This document shows, in pieces, positions 25,601-39,786 of a DNA stretch of 64,000 nt (the stretch's first letter is position 1; every line of letters starts with the position of its first letter). The stretch is taken from NCBI RefSeq assembly GCF_009914755.1, contig NC_060934.1; one strand, written 5' to 3'. Made by a program: the position numbers and the translations under genes. Below the pieces are notes generated by a model. It searched no databases. It was not told where the DNA came from and saw only the letters and a list, made by a program, of their open reading frames with translations. The stretch is from the human T2T-CHM13v2.0 reference genome, Homo sapiens.

Positions 25601-26389
25601 AGAGGTAGTATTCCTTCTATATCTTAACTTAAGTGTTAATAGAGGATTTTATTGTAGAATAAAATCATTTTTAGTAAAAACTTTAAAAATATTTTATAAA
25701 TGTAAAGTACTAAAATGTAAGATGGTGTTATCTAATCATAAGTAGAGAGAAAAACAATATGGACTTAACCATATTACCCTGAAGATGTGTGAAGAGCTCT
25801 CTGACTCCTGCTGAGGAACTAAGAGAAGTAATAACAGAAATAAAAGAGAAGTTAGACATGTTCTGCCATCCCTTTATTTTGTCATTAGAGTGACTTGGTG
25901 ATATTAGGTGCTAATGAGAAAAATGAAGTCAATATTCTGAATTCAGACTCCTGGGGGTCGTGTTCTAAAATATACACTAAGATATATGTCTATACAGACA
26001 GTCACTATGGCCAATTGGTTGGATGTGAGTTTATTTAACTTTTCTATACCTTCAGTGTGTTTTGAAAGAAGCTGGTATGAGTGGGTTGCTAAGTAAGATG
26101 TAGTGAGACATGGTAGGCCAAGGCTCCCCCTGCTGAAAAAAAAATCATCATGAAAAACAAAAATCAATTTTATTTTAAAGATAGAAGAGAGCTGTGAAAG
26201 CAATAAGGAGTCAATGAACTAAAATTCAAGAAAAGGAAGATTAAATGTGATGAATAAAGAGTATAAGCTGTCTTTCATGAAGCCAAGTCAGACTTTGTGA
26301 GCAGATGAGTTAGGAAAAAACTTGGTTTTCAAAAGTGTTCCACTTCATAATTACACATAAGAGAATGCAGAGCTATATTATATTTTCAT

Positions 26390-26530
26390 TGTTGTCATTG
26401 TTTGCCCTCACTAAAATGTAAGCTCTGTGAGGGCAGGGACTTCTGAAGTTTGAATTGCTGTAGCACCAAATCCTAGAACATTCCACAGCTCATAAGAAAC
26501 TCTCAATCAATGAATAAATGATGGTTAAAA
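26390..26530 (+). mobile_element. L2 3' end
   Basis: aaatgtaagctctgtgagggcagggact...cctagaaca...ctcaatcaatgaataaatg. Confidence 0.75.
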
Positions 26531-26539
26531 AAAGATTCC

Positions 26540-26843
26540 TGGAGCTGGAGGTCATTATTCTTAGCAAACTAACACAGGAATGGAAAACCAAATACCACAT
26601 GTCCTCACTTATAAGTGGGAGCTAAATAATAGGAACACATGGACACATAGAGGGGAACAACACACACTGGGGCCTACCTGAGGTGGAGGGTGGGAGGAGG
26701 GAGAGGATCAGGAAAAATAACTGATAGGTACTAGGCTTAATACCTGGGTGATGAAATAATCTGTACAACAAACCCCATGAAACAAGTTTATCTAACAAAC
26801 CTACACAAGTACCCTTGAACTTAAAATAAAAGTTAAAAAAAAC
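26540..26843 (+). mobile_element. Short L1PA (PA11-15-like) 3' end
   Basis: 3'UTR consensus motifs; TSD aa(a/g)gattcc. Confidence 0.9.
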
Positions 26844-27479
26844 AAGGATTCCCAGAGAGAAAAATGGAGCTCCTTTGTCAGCCACAAAATAAATCTGAGT
26901 ACTGTTTATCTACTTTACTAGTACTGAGTCATGAGTAGCTGAGGACTTGTCAGCTCAGCACATTTAAAAAGTCAAGCATACAGATATATTGAAAGAAGAA
27001 CAACTGCAAAAGTTTCATGTAGATGGAGGCTGGAGAATTATGATAAAATGAAATTTCTTACATTTCCTATTTGAAAAGGGAGAATAATCATCCTCATGGA
27101 TGATCTCTATAAATGCTCTTCATTTAAAATGCAGTACTTCTTTTTAGGGACTGGCAGTTTATGAAGAGAATACTGTGAATTGCTTGTGTGGAAAAAACGC
27201 AAGGAACAGGAGTCATCCCAATATACAAATATATGCTAACAACTCACCTGATAAGAGAAAATGGGAAAGTATGTAAAATTTAATTGAATCCATTTAAAAG
27301 ACATTTCTTAATAGTCTCAGCTTTTCATGATATTGCAATTTTGTGTTGAATGAGATCTTGGGAAGTCACTTAGGACTTATGCTTAAATCACGTGCAGTAA
27401 GGAAAGGAATCATCATAGGAATCAATTTTTAAAATAAGCATTTAAATGAGCCCAATTTCTAAAATGACAGAAATCGACA

Positions 27480-28500
27480 AGTCTCCATTTCACCTTATGA
27501 TATGACAGAGTGTACAAGAACCATTGAGAAGATAAATAAACGAAGACAATATCCCTGAGCTTATAGGATTTTGTAAGAAGCAAAAGTAATACGAGAACAT
27601 GATCAGCTGATGGCTTAGAGTAATGGCAGCATATTCTTTCAGTAATAAGAAGTGAGACAGGAAAAATATCAGTGTGATCTGGTAAAGAATCCTTGGGACT
27701 TTATTAGAACCTTCAGCGATGTTCAGGATGTGGACGAGTTGAAGCTACGGAGAATAAAACTTCCCAATGAAGAGAAAATTATGTGCAAATACTTTTCAAT
27801 GGAATCAAGCATGACAGACTGCAGTAGCCCATGCGAAAAGCAGCCCTCAACTTTGGTTTCAGGTGTGGCTATTGTGGGAAAAAATTACTAGAAATTAAGC
27901 ACTTTGATCTTCAGATTCTTGCCAGGGATTATCACAACTCTTTGCACATGCTTAACACTCTTGCTGAGTAAGTGGCTTCTAACTGAACAATAAGTTTCCT
28001 TGTGAAATAGAAAATTATGTAAGACTGTGTTATTTAATAAATGTATCATTTAATAAATGATATATTCTATTTGCCAATATAACCTTTTTCTGACCACACT
28101 GGCTTTGAGGAGAATCAATGGAGAAAAGATACATGATAGCTTTGAGTCATGATTTAAATAGCATCTTCCTCATGATGCTGCCCATATTTGCAAATATCAC
28201 CCATTGTTTATGAGTATATCGCCAGTGCCTTATAGTCCTCCATACACCCCTTTACTTATAAAACCCAAGCAGAAAGCATGTGATGGGAAAGAAGCAGTGC
28301 AGTGTAGACATAAAGAGTGTGGCCTTTGAAATTTGACCAGCATGCTCCTGCCCAAACAATACTCATTGAATAGTAATCATAAGCAGATGATCTACTTCCT
28401 CAAAGCCTTAACATGTCTTATATAACAATTGTAGATAAAGATAATAAAGCACTCAGGACAGAGTCTGGTGTATAATATAAATTAAATGTGTGTCAGCTGT
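27480..28500. mobile_element. Degenerate L2 (about 27480-27830) and MIR (about 28295-28500) fragments
   Basis: Weak similarity to L2/MIR consensus motifs. Confidence 0.4.
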
Positions 28501-28977
28501 TAGTATCATCACTGTTAATCACTGTTAATTGACTCTTTTGCCAGTGTTGTTCAAGAAAATAATGTGTAATGATCTATAAATATTTTAAATTTCATTAGCA
28601 GCCTTAAAAGTATTACTGATAGAACTGTAATCATTCTGGCATTTTAATAAATAACACAGTCTTACATAATTTTCTATTTCACAAGGAAACTTATTTTGAA
28701 ATTAAATATTTGTAATTCTACTATATAGGGCAAAGATAAATTAATCCCTGCTGCAACCCCTTATCCTGTAGCATGCTGCATGAAGTTGCCTATATGCAAA
28801 GCAGCTTGTTCACAAATTGATCTCTGCAGATCAGTACATCTGCTTTGTGACTTATCAATGCTCATGACGAACCTTGAGAACTGTGTTTATTTTAGAGCAA
28901 ATGGATAGTGTGAAGAAATCAGTGGATATTGCTGCAAATGCTCATTTCCTTACATTGTATCCTGCTGAAATTTCTTA

Positions 28978-29367
<390 letters not shown>

Positions 29368-30204
29368 AGGTTCTCAGGATGTTTCTCTTTTAATAAGCAT
29401 TTTCATTTTTTGGGATATTTGGATATCAGATCCAATTTGACCTTTCTAGTAGGAAAGTATGATACTTTCAGGACTTGACAATAATGCCAAATTCTGGAAC
29501 TTGAACACAGATTTCTTAGAATATCAACTTTGACACCATAATATGTAGCATATGACTTGCTCAATAAGAAAGAAACAACCTTATAGATGGACTACAGTTT
29601 CAGCTGCCAAAGACAAAGTGTGTCTTGCCCTACCAGCAGCCCTGTATACCTCTATTGACCTACAGTCCTTTGAAGTCAACAATATATATGTTATACGGCC
29701 CACATTTTGTTAGAAAATCCCAATTACACATATCAAATTGTTAACATAAATCTATCAATTTTTATGTGCTGGAGTGTTAAATAGAAAATAAATTTTAATT
29801 ACATAGACAATAGAGATCACATTATATTCTACCCCATCGTGTAACCCACAAGGTTATGTCTCAAGAAGCATGCAAGAATTTCTTGTCACAGTTATTAAGA
29901 GAAGTAGGATTTATGTGTGTGGGACAACTGGTTTCTAAAGCCTTCAATTATTTTTAAACATATTGATAGGAAAGAAAAATTAGTACTTATAGGCTTCTTT
30001 TAATCTGTAACCAATGCCATTACCATATATACTACTATGATGAACCATTGCAAGATTTCCCCTTAGTTAACATTGACCATGCCAGGATCACCCATAGAAA
30101 AATATAACAACAAATTAGGAAGAATTATATGTTTTCCATTGGATTTATATTGCTAATCCTTTTCCAAAAAGGCTCTGTGGCAACTAGCTTTCAATATAAA
30201 GAGA

Positions 30205-30410
30205 AGCTTTATCTGATTCTTTTTATTAGAACTTTACAATAACCTTATGAATGTATGTATTATTATTGTGATAAGTTTTTGATGGAGGAAATTGTCTTGG
30301 TGTGGTTGAGTGACTAGACTAAGACCATATGGGACCTCTTGGTCACAGCCAGGACCAATTAGTATATTCCAGATGCTGCATTCTCTCAACTTCAGCACAC
30401 TGCCTCCTGC
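30205..30410 (-). mobile_element. MIR SINE
   Basis: ttacaataaccttatga...gatggaggaaattg...ggttgagtgact. Confidence 0.55.
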
Positions 30411-31046
30411 AAGCAGGCAGAAGCAGAGATTTTTAAGAGATACAAAATAGCTTTTCTTATAGAATTAAGTTTATCACCAGACTGCTCAGAATTATCAAAA
30501 ATTTGAGACCATGCTAAATTTGTAGGTATGTTTACTCACAAGCCTTAGACCTTACCTTGTTCTAGGTCTCAGTGTCAGTACAGGACAGGTGGCACCCAAA
30601 CTCCTCCACTACAGCAACAAAACCTGCTTTTGAACAACTCAGAAGCCCATATGATCCTGGCATGAACCAAGAGTACCAATCTATCCAAGTAGAACAAATA
30701 GACCCCTATAAAGTGGAGTTCTTCATCTAGTGACTTTAGATAAGAATTAGATTTCTTCTACCTTTTTTCAGCCATAGTAGTATTACCATTAGTGACATTA
30801 AATGCCTCAAAACAGTCTGAAAGACCAAAGCCAGAAAAATAATATGTATCACTTTTAACAATAATAATTAAGACGGGGCTGGTGATTACACTCAGGCACA
30901 AGAAGCTAGTGTCCTTGATGATTCTGAATAGATTATTTCAGAGAAGCTGTGGGTATAAATTTTTGTTCTTTAATTTACCATCATTGAAGGCTCAGGAATT
31001 TCCCCACAATATAGAGTTAACATTCTTCATTAAAATTATAAATAGA

Positions 31047-34000
31047 GGAAACATTCACTAAGATAGACCACATTCTGGGCCACACCTTAACAAATTTATA
31101 GGAATAGAAATCATAAAATGTCTGCTTTCAGACCACAGTGGAATTTAACCAGAAATAAGTAACAGAAAGATAACTTGAAAATATCAAAATGTGTGGCAGC
31201 TACACAACACACTTCTAAATAACATATAAGTCAAAGAAGAAATCTCAAGAGACACGTAAACATATTTTGAACTAAATTAAAATGAAAATACAACTCATCA
31301 AAATTTGTGGGATGCAGTAAAAGCAGTAATTATAAAAAAATTTAAGTCATCGAATGCACATATTAAAAAAGAAGAAAGACCTAAAATCAACAATCTAATT
31401 TTCCAGTTTAAGAAACTAGAAAAAGATCAAATTAAATCCAAAGTAATCAAAAGAAAAGAAAAAAATAAGAATTAGAGCAGAAATCAATGAAAGTGCAAAC
31501 AAAATCAATAGAGAAAATCAACGAAACCAAACGGTGGTTCTTTGAAAAGATCAATAAAATCAACAAGATTCGAGCCAGGTAAATATGAAAAAGAGAGCAA
31601 GAACACAAATTACTAATATTAGAAATGGAATAGGGGACATTACTACAGATCCTATGGACATTAAAAAGGTAATAAGGTAATAATGTGAACAACTCTATGC
31701 CCATAAATGTGATAACAAAGATTAAGTGAATCAATTCCTTAAAAGGCACAATTTGTCAAAATTCACAGAAGAGATGGGCAATCTGAATAGGCCTAGATCT
31801 AGTAAAGTAATTTAATTAATAATTAATAACCTTACAAAAACAAAGCATTCGTCCCAGACAGGTTCACTAGTGAATGCTATCCAACATTTTAGAAAGAAAT
31901 TATGCGAATATTCTATAATCTCCTTTAGAAGACAGAAGAGGAAATACTTGCTAACTCATTCTATGATGTCAGCTTTACCCTAATATCAAAATTAGACAAA
32001 GACATTAGAAGAAAAGAAAACTAAAGACAATATTTCTCATGAACATAGATGCAAAAATCCTCAACAGACTACTAGCAAAGTTAATTCAACTACATATAAA
32101 AATATTTATACACCACAACCGAGTTGGTTTATCCCAGGTAAGCAAAACTGGTTCAACATTCAAAAATTGTACATGTAATCCATTATATCAAGAGGTTAAA
32201 AAGAAAAATCACATAATTATACCAATAGATGCAGAAAAAACATTTGAAAAAATCCAATGCCCAATCATGATAGAAACTCTCTGTAAACTAGGACTAGAGG
32301 AAAATTTTTCTACTTGAAAAACAATATCTACAAAAAACCTACAACTAACATCACACCTAATGGTAAGAAATTTGAAGATTTCCTACTTAGATCAAGAACA
32401 AGGCAAGGATGTGTCTTCTTACCTTCCTTTCCAATATTATACTGGAAGTACTAGCAAATACAATAAGACAAGAAAAAAATAAAAGGTATACATACTGGGA
32501 AGGAAGAAATAAAACTGTCTTTATTCACAGATAACATGATCATCTCTATAGAAAATCTGAAAGAATTAACAGAATAACTTGTGGAACAGGTGATTATAAC
32601 AAGTTTCTGGATACAAGGTTAATGTAGAAAAAATCAATTCCTTACCTAAATATTAGCAAGGAAAAACTGCAATTTGGATTTAGAAACAAAATACCATTCC
32701 CATTAGCACCTCCAAAAATGTAATACTTAGGTATAAATCAAACAAAATATGTACAAGATCAATATGAGGAAAAGTAAAAAATTCTGATGAAGAAATCAAA
32801 TAAGTAACTATATCAAGATATATTCCATACTCATAAATAGGAAAATTCAATATCAAAATCCTAGTTCTTCCCAACTTGGTCTATTTTATAGATTCAATGT
32901 GATCCCAATTGAAATCACAGCAAGATGCTTTGTGGATATTGACAAACTGATTCTAAAGTTTATGTGGAGAAGGAAAAGACCCAGACTAATCAACACAATA
33001 CTAAAGAGGAGAACAAGTTAGACGACTGACATGATCTCACTTTAAAATGACGTGGTAATAAAGACCATGTGGTGTTGGCGAAAGAACAAACAGATCAATG
33101 GAACAGAATAGACAGCCCAGAAGTAGATTCACATAAATAACAACTGACCTCGGACAAAGGAGCAAAGGCAGTACAATGGAGCAAAGATAGTTTTTTCAAT
33201 AAATGGTGCTAAAACAACTGAATATTCACATGCAAAAGTATAAATCTAGCCACAGACCTTACACTCTTCACAAAAATTAATTCAAAATGGATCATAAACC
33301 TAAATGTAAAATGCAAAACTATAAAACTTCTAGAAGATAACACAGGAGAAATTCTACTTGACTTCAGATATGATGACTAAAGAAATACTTGAGAAGTTGG
33401 ACTTCATTAAAATTAAAAACATCTGCTCTGCAAAAGACAATGTCAAGACAATGAGAATACAGGCCACAGAATAGGATAGAAAAATTTCAAAACACACATC
33501 TGATTAAAAAACATCAAAATATACAAAGAATTTTAAAATTTAACACTGGGAAAACAAATAACCCAATTTTAAAAATAGGTCAAAGAGCTTAATATACACC
33601 TCACCCAAGAAGATATATAACTAGCAAACAAGCATATGAAAACATGCTTCACATAATACGTCATCAGGAAATGCAAATTTAAACAACCATGAGACACCAC
33701 TATACATCAACTAGAATGACCACAATCTGGAATACTGACAACACCAAATGCTGGTGAGAATGTGGAGCAGCAGAAACTCATTCACTGCTGGTGGGAATAC
33801 AAAATGGTACAAGCACTTTGCAAGACCATTTCACAGTTTCTTACAAAATTAAATATAGTCTTCTGTATGATCCATCAATTGAGCTCCTTGGTATCTACCC
33901 AAGGAGTTAAAAACACATGTCCATGCAAAAATCTACACATGGATGTTGATGGTAGGTGTATTCATAATTGCCATAACTTGGAAATGGCCGAGATGTCCTT

Positions 34001-37000
34001 CAGTAGATGAATGGATTAATAAACTTCAGTACATTCAGATAATATAATATTATTCCATGCTAAAAATAAATGAACAGGTGGCTGTGAGACTAAAACACAA
34101 GTGAGCCACTCTCCCCACACTTTCTTGCCCATGCTGTGTACCTGAGCAGTACTCTGCACTATGACAAAATAAAATGTCACAAATCAATGTCAACCTTGAA
34201 AATAAATGGCCCAAAAACTCCACTGAAAAGACATAGAGTGGCAAATTGGATAAAATAAGAAGGCTCATCTTCCTGCTGTCTTCAAGAGATCCATCTCACA
34301 TGTAATGACATCCACAGGCTCAAAGTAAAGGAATGGAGAAAGATCTATCATGCAAATGAAAAACAAGGACTGGTTTTTAATTGAGCTCTGAAAAGAGCAG
34401 TGGTTGCTATTCTTATATCAGATAATATAGATGTAAACTAGCAACAGTGAAAAAGGACAAAAAAGGACACTACATAATTATAAAGGGTATAAAGGGTTTA
34501 ATTCAACAAGAAGGCTTAACCATCCTAAGTGTGTAAATACCCAACATTGAAAGATCCAGATATATAACACAATTACTTCTAGACATTAAAAAATACTCCT
34601 TGACAGCCACACAATAATAGAAGGGGATTCAAGACCCCACTGATAGCACTAGACAGATCATTGAGGCAGAAAACCAACAAACAAACTCTGGACTTAAATT
34701 TGACACTTGACCAATTAGGCCTAGTAAAAATCTACAGAATAATACACCCATCAACCACAAAATATATATTCTTCATATCTGCACATGAAACATACTCTAA
34801 GATTGGCCACATCCTCAGTCACAAAGCAAGTCTCAATAAATTCAAAAACACCATAATCATACCAAGTATTTTTTCAGCCAACAGTGGAATAAAAATACAA
34901 ATCAATTCCAAGAAGAACTCTCAAAACTACACAAATACATTGAAGCTAAACAATTTGCTCCTGAATGATTCCTATGTAAACATAAAATCAAGGCAGAAAT
35001 AAAAAAATATTTGAAACAAATGAAAACAGAGACACAACATAGCAAAACCTCTGGGATGTGGCAAAAGCAGTGTTAAGAGGAAAGTGTATAGCTCTAAATG
35101 CCAGTATCAAGAAGACAAAAAGATCTCAAATTAACAACCTAATCTTACACATAAGCAAGCTAGAAAAACATAAACAAACTAAACCCAACAGTAGCAGAAG
35201 AAAATAAATCACTCAAATTGGAGCAGAACTAAATGAAATTGAGACCCAAAAATTCATACAAAGGATCAATGAAACAAAAAGTTGGTTTGTTGAAAGAATA
35301 AACAAGATTTATTGACCACCAGCAAATTAAAAAAGAAAAAAACAGAGAAGATCCAAATAAACACAATCAGAAATGACAAAAGTGACATCAAAACTGATTC
35401 CCCAGAAATACAAAAGTTTCCCAGACACTACTGTGAACACCTCTATTCACACAAGCTAGAAAATCTAAAGGAAATGGATAAAATTTTGGAAACACACAAT
35501 CTTCTAAGATTGAACCAGGAAGAAACAGAAATCATGAGCATACCAATAACAAGTAATGAAACTGAATCAGTAATTTTAAAAACCTACTATCCAGAAAAAG
35601 CCCTGGACCAGATAGAATCACAGCAAAATTCTACCACACATACAAAGAGTTGGTACCAATCCTAAAGAAACTATTTAAAAAAAACAAAGAGAGATGTTCT
35701 CTCTTCATTCTAGGAAACCAGTATCATCCTGATACCAAAAATCTACCAAAGACACAAGAAAAAAAGAAAACTGCAGGCCATTATTCCTCATGAACATAGA
35801 TGCAAAAATCCTGAACAAAATATGAGCAAACAGAATGCCACAGCACGTTAAAAAGTTAATTCACCATGAAATGGGCTTTATTCCTGGGATGCAAGGATGA
35901 TTCAACATACACAAATCAATAAATGTGATTCACCACATAGATAAAATTAAAAACAAAAATCATAGATCATCTCAATAGAAACAGAAAAAGCATTCAATGA
36001 AATCTAACATCCTTCCATGAGAAAAACCCTCAACAAACGAGATGTCGAAAAAACCCATCTCAAAATAATAAGAGCCATCTATGACAAACCCACAGCCAAC
36101 TTAATACACATCAGGCAAAAGCTAGAAGCATTTCCCCTAAGAACAGTAATAAGACCACCTTCACTATAGAATAGGATGTACACTCCTAGTCAACATAGTA
36201 CTGAAAGACATAGCCAGAGCAGTCAGGCAAGAGGAAGAAATAAAAGGCATTCAAACAGGAAAAGAAAAAGTCAAATTATCTCTCTTCACAAATGATATAA
36301 TTCTATACCTAGAAATTCTTAAAGATTCTGCCAAAGCACCTCTAGTCCTGATAATTAACTGCAGCAAAGTCTCAGTACACAAAATTAACATATAAAAATC
36401 AGTAGGATTTTAACCATATTCAGAAGAATGAAACTGGGCCCCTCCCTCTCACCATATACAAACATTAACAAGATGAATTAAAGACTTAAATAATGGGAGA
36501 AAATATTTTCAAACTATGCATCTGAAAAAGAACTAATATCTAGAATATATAAGGAACCTAAGCAATTCAACAGGCATAAAACAAATCACCCCATTAAAAA
36601 ATGGCCAAAAGACATAAAAAGACACTTCTCAAAAGAAAACATACAAGTGGCCAACAAAAATATTAAAAAATGCTCCATATCATTAATCATCAGAGAAATG
36701 CAAATCAAAACCACAAGGAGATACCATCTCATACCAATCAGAATGGCTATCATTAAAAAGTCAAAAAGTAATAGATGTTGGTGAGGCCGCAGAGAAAAGG
36801 GAATGCTTATATGCTGTTTGTGGGAATGTAAATTAGTTCAGCTACTGTGGGAAGCAGTTTGGAGATTTCTCAGAGAACTGAGTTGGACCACCATTTGACC
36901 CAGCAATCTCGTTACTATTTACCCAAGGAAAAATAAGTCATTCTACCAAAAAGACACATGCACTCATATGTTTATCACAGCATTATTCACAACAACAAAG

Positions 37001-37942
37001 ACATGGAATCCACCTAGGTGCCCATCAACAGTGCACTAGATAAAGAAAATTTGGTGTGTGTACATCATGGAATGCTATACAGCTATAAAAAATGAAACCA
37101 TGTCCTTTGCAGCAACGTGGATATAGCTAGAGGTCATAATCCTAAGAAAATAAACACAAGAACAGAAAACCAAATACCACATGTTCTCACTTATAAGTGG
37201 AAGCTAAATATTGGGTACACATGGATATAAAAATGGGAATAAAAGACACCATGGAATATAAGAGGGGAAAGTGTGGAGGAGGGTAAGGGTTTAAAAACTA
37301 ACTATTGGATAATATGTTCGCTACCTGTGTGATGAGTTCAATCATACGCCAATCCTCAGTATCATGCAACATGTCTTTGTAACACAGTTGAATGTGTACC
37401 CTCTGAATCTAAAATAATTTTTTAAATAAATTAACTATCAAGCAATGAGAACACATGAAGGAAAATTAAACGTACATTACTAAGTGAAAAATGCTAACCT
37501 GAAAATGCTACCTACTGTATGATTTCAACTATGTGATATTCTGGAAAAGATAAAACTATGGAAACTGTAAAAAGTTGCCAAAGTTTGCCAAGGGTTAGAG
37601 CAGAGAGGGAAAAAAAAGGCAGAGCACAGAGCATTTTTAGGATAGTGAACTGTCATGTTTTATGATATTATAATGGTAAATACATGTCATTATACATTTG
37701 TCCAAACTCATGGAATGTAAAATATGAAAAGTGAACCCAAAATATATACTGTGGACTCTGCATGATTGCGATGTGTCAATGCAGGTTCATCAATCGTTAC
37801 AAATGCACCACTCTCGTAAGAAATGTTAATAACAGGAGAGGCAATGCATTTGTGTGGCTGGGAGGGATATGGGAAATCTCCATACCTTCATCTTAATTTT
37901 GCTGTGAACCTAAAACTGCTTGTAAAGATAGTCTTATTTTTA
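31047..37942 (+). mobile_element. L1MC1-like element (decayed ORF2 + 3'UTR) split by an L1PB (pieces 31047-34075 and 37436-37942)
   Basis: MNIDAKILN RT motif; L1MC1 3'UTR (gatgtgtcaatgcaggttcatc...gctgtgaacctaaaactgct); perfect TSD AAAATTATAAATAGA at 31032-31046 and 37943-37957. Confidence 0.88.
34076..37423 (+). mobile_element. L1PB3/4-like element: ORF2 from its start codon with internal deletions, preceded by 85 bp of other sequence
   Basis: ORF2 start atgacaaaat at 34161; endonuclease motif TYSKIGHIL; TSD aaataaat(g/t)aac at 34064-34075 and 37424-37435. Confidence 0.88.
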
Positions 37943-38214
37943 AAAATTATAAATAGACTACATGGATTTGGATTAGAGAAAACCACGCTTAGTTGAATAA
38001 TGAGCCAGCATATAAAGCAAAAGAAACTTGCACCAACTTCTGAGGATAAATCATGAGTGGAAACAAATTAGTTTGGGAAAACATAAGGAAGCTAAAACTT
38101 CATCTCTTCAGAAGATACTTCTTTGTCCAAAGTCATATTACTAGGGCTAAATCTTTTCATTGTCAAGGAGTCTTCTAAACTGTCCTCTAACCTAAAAGCT
38201 CTCATTTAAAAAAA

Positions 38215-38400
38215 CCTGTGTGGGTATGCAATGTCAGACAGACCTAGATTCAAAATAGAAATCTCTAATTTCCCAACTTGGACAAGTTACCTAACTGTAC
38301 TGTGTCTCTTTTTTCCATCTGAAAATGAGAATAAAAGTTGTTAGCTTTCAATATTCTTGTGTTTATCATGCCCAACATATGGTGAAGGCTTGGCAAATAG
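38215..38400 (+). mobile_element. MIR SINE
   Basis: gtcagacagacctagattcaaa...ttggacaagttacctaact...ccatctgaaaatgagaata. Confidence 0.7.
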
Positions 38401-39786
38401 CAGTTCTGACATTCTACCAAGTCACAGAGAAAACATTATTTCTTTGGTCTATAATTCACTGTCAAAGTTGTAGGGTAAACATTAGATAAGATTTATTCTT
38501 GAGAATAATAAATATAATTGAAAGTGAAAGACTACAATCTTGAATATGAAAATGATATATTACTGTGATGACTTGATGTGTGGTATCCTCAGATCAATAT
38601 AACTATGGTCTCCATTTACATTTTTTTATATCTACAAAGTAAATAAAAAGTTTGTACAACCATTAGATAGTTTGCTAATCCACCTAAAATCTTGTCAACC
38701 CTGAGAAATGAGATGCTCCTAGATCAGTTTTGGGGAATCCTCCTTCTATCTTCCAAAGTATATGAAAACTTATGGGCTAATCCTGAAAGGCTCCTTACCC
38801 TGTGCCATTCTGGAACTGTGACAGCCAAAAGGGATGGGGTAATGCAGATGTGTCATGACTGCTGAAGCTGGACAAAAAGAACATCCTCACCTATTACAAA
38901 CAGTACATTTTTAGACATCATTAAGTGCCCTCCAGGTTCCACACATTTCACAATAATCTTTTAAAATAATTGCTACCACTTGAGTAGTACTCTCAGAAAA
39001 TTACAAGGCTGTCAATTTATTCTCCAGCTTTTAAAATTCCATCACCCATTTCCCTAAGGTAACAGGCTGCAATGTCTTAAACCTCTAAAAAGAAGTCACA
39101 TTTATATTATATATTATGTTGATATTTTCCTCACTTCTTTAATTTTTTAGAAAGTAAGTATAGACTTTTAGTTCATATTAATGTAGTATATGATTAATTA
39201 TTCTCTACTTCATCTGGATTTTTTTAATTGGCAAAATTGATGTTGAAAGAGGTCCAGTAGTGAAGAGCATTATTATATTAATTTGTCACAAATTGTCTTT
39301 TTTTATTACTTAATACAAAGTACTGTTTTCCTAAAATGTTGAGATTGCAAGTTTCCTTTTCAAAAGTAAATTTTAACTGAGCATTCAGTTTTCAAATTTA
39401 TAATAGAAGCACTTGCTAGAGTTTTTTTTAATAGTGTGTACATATTGGTTAATTAAGGCTTTGTTTGATACTACACCTATATAAGCTTCAGCAATACTAT
39501 TAGAAACTTGCATCCCCCAAATCTGAAAATATCTTTTGATTTTTTTCCTTTCATCAGGCACCCAAGTGTAAATCTAGCAAAAGTAAGTAAGGCCAAGCTT
39601 TGTAAAAACATTAACTCTCTATTTGGCTCTTGTCCTCTTTTGCCTACAATAGGTTGTCAAGTAAATAATTTGTGAGTTCCACATGTCACTGGGAAAGCCT
39701 GGAGTGATATTCATCCCAAAACTTTATGAGGATATGTCAGAACCTAATTTGTCGGCAAGTGTCTGTTCTCCCTCTTCCTCATTTTA

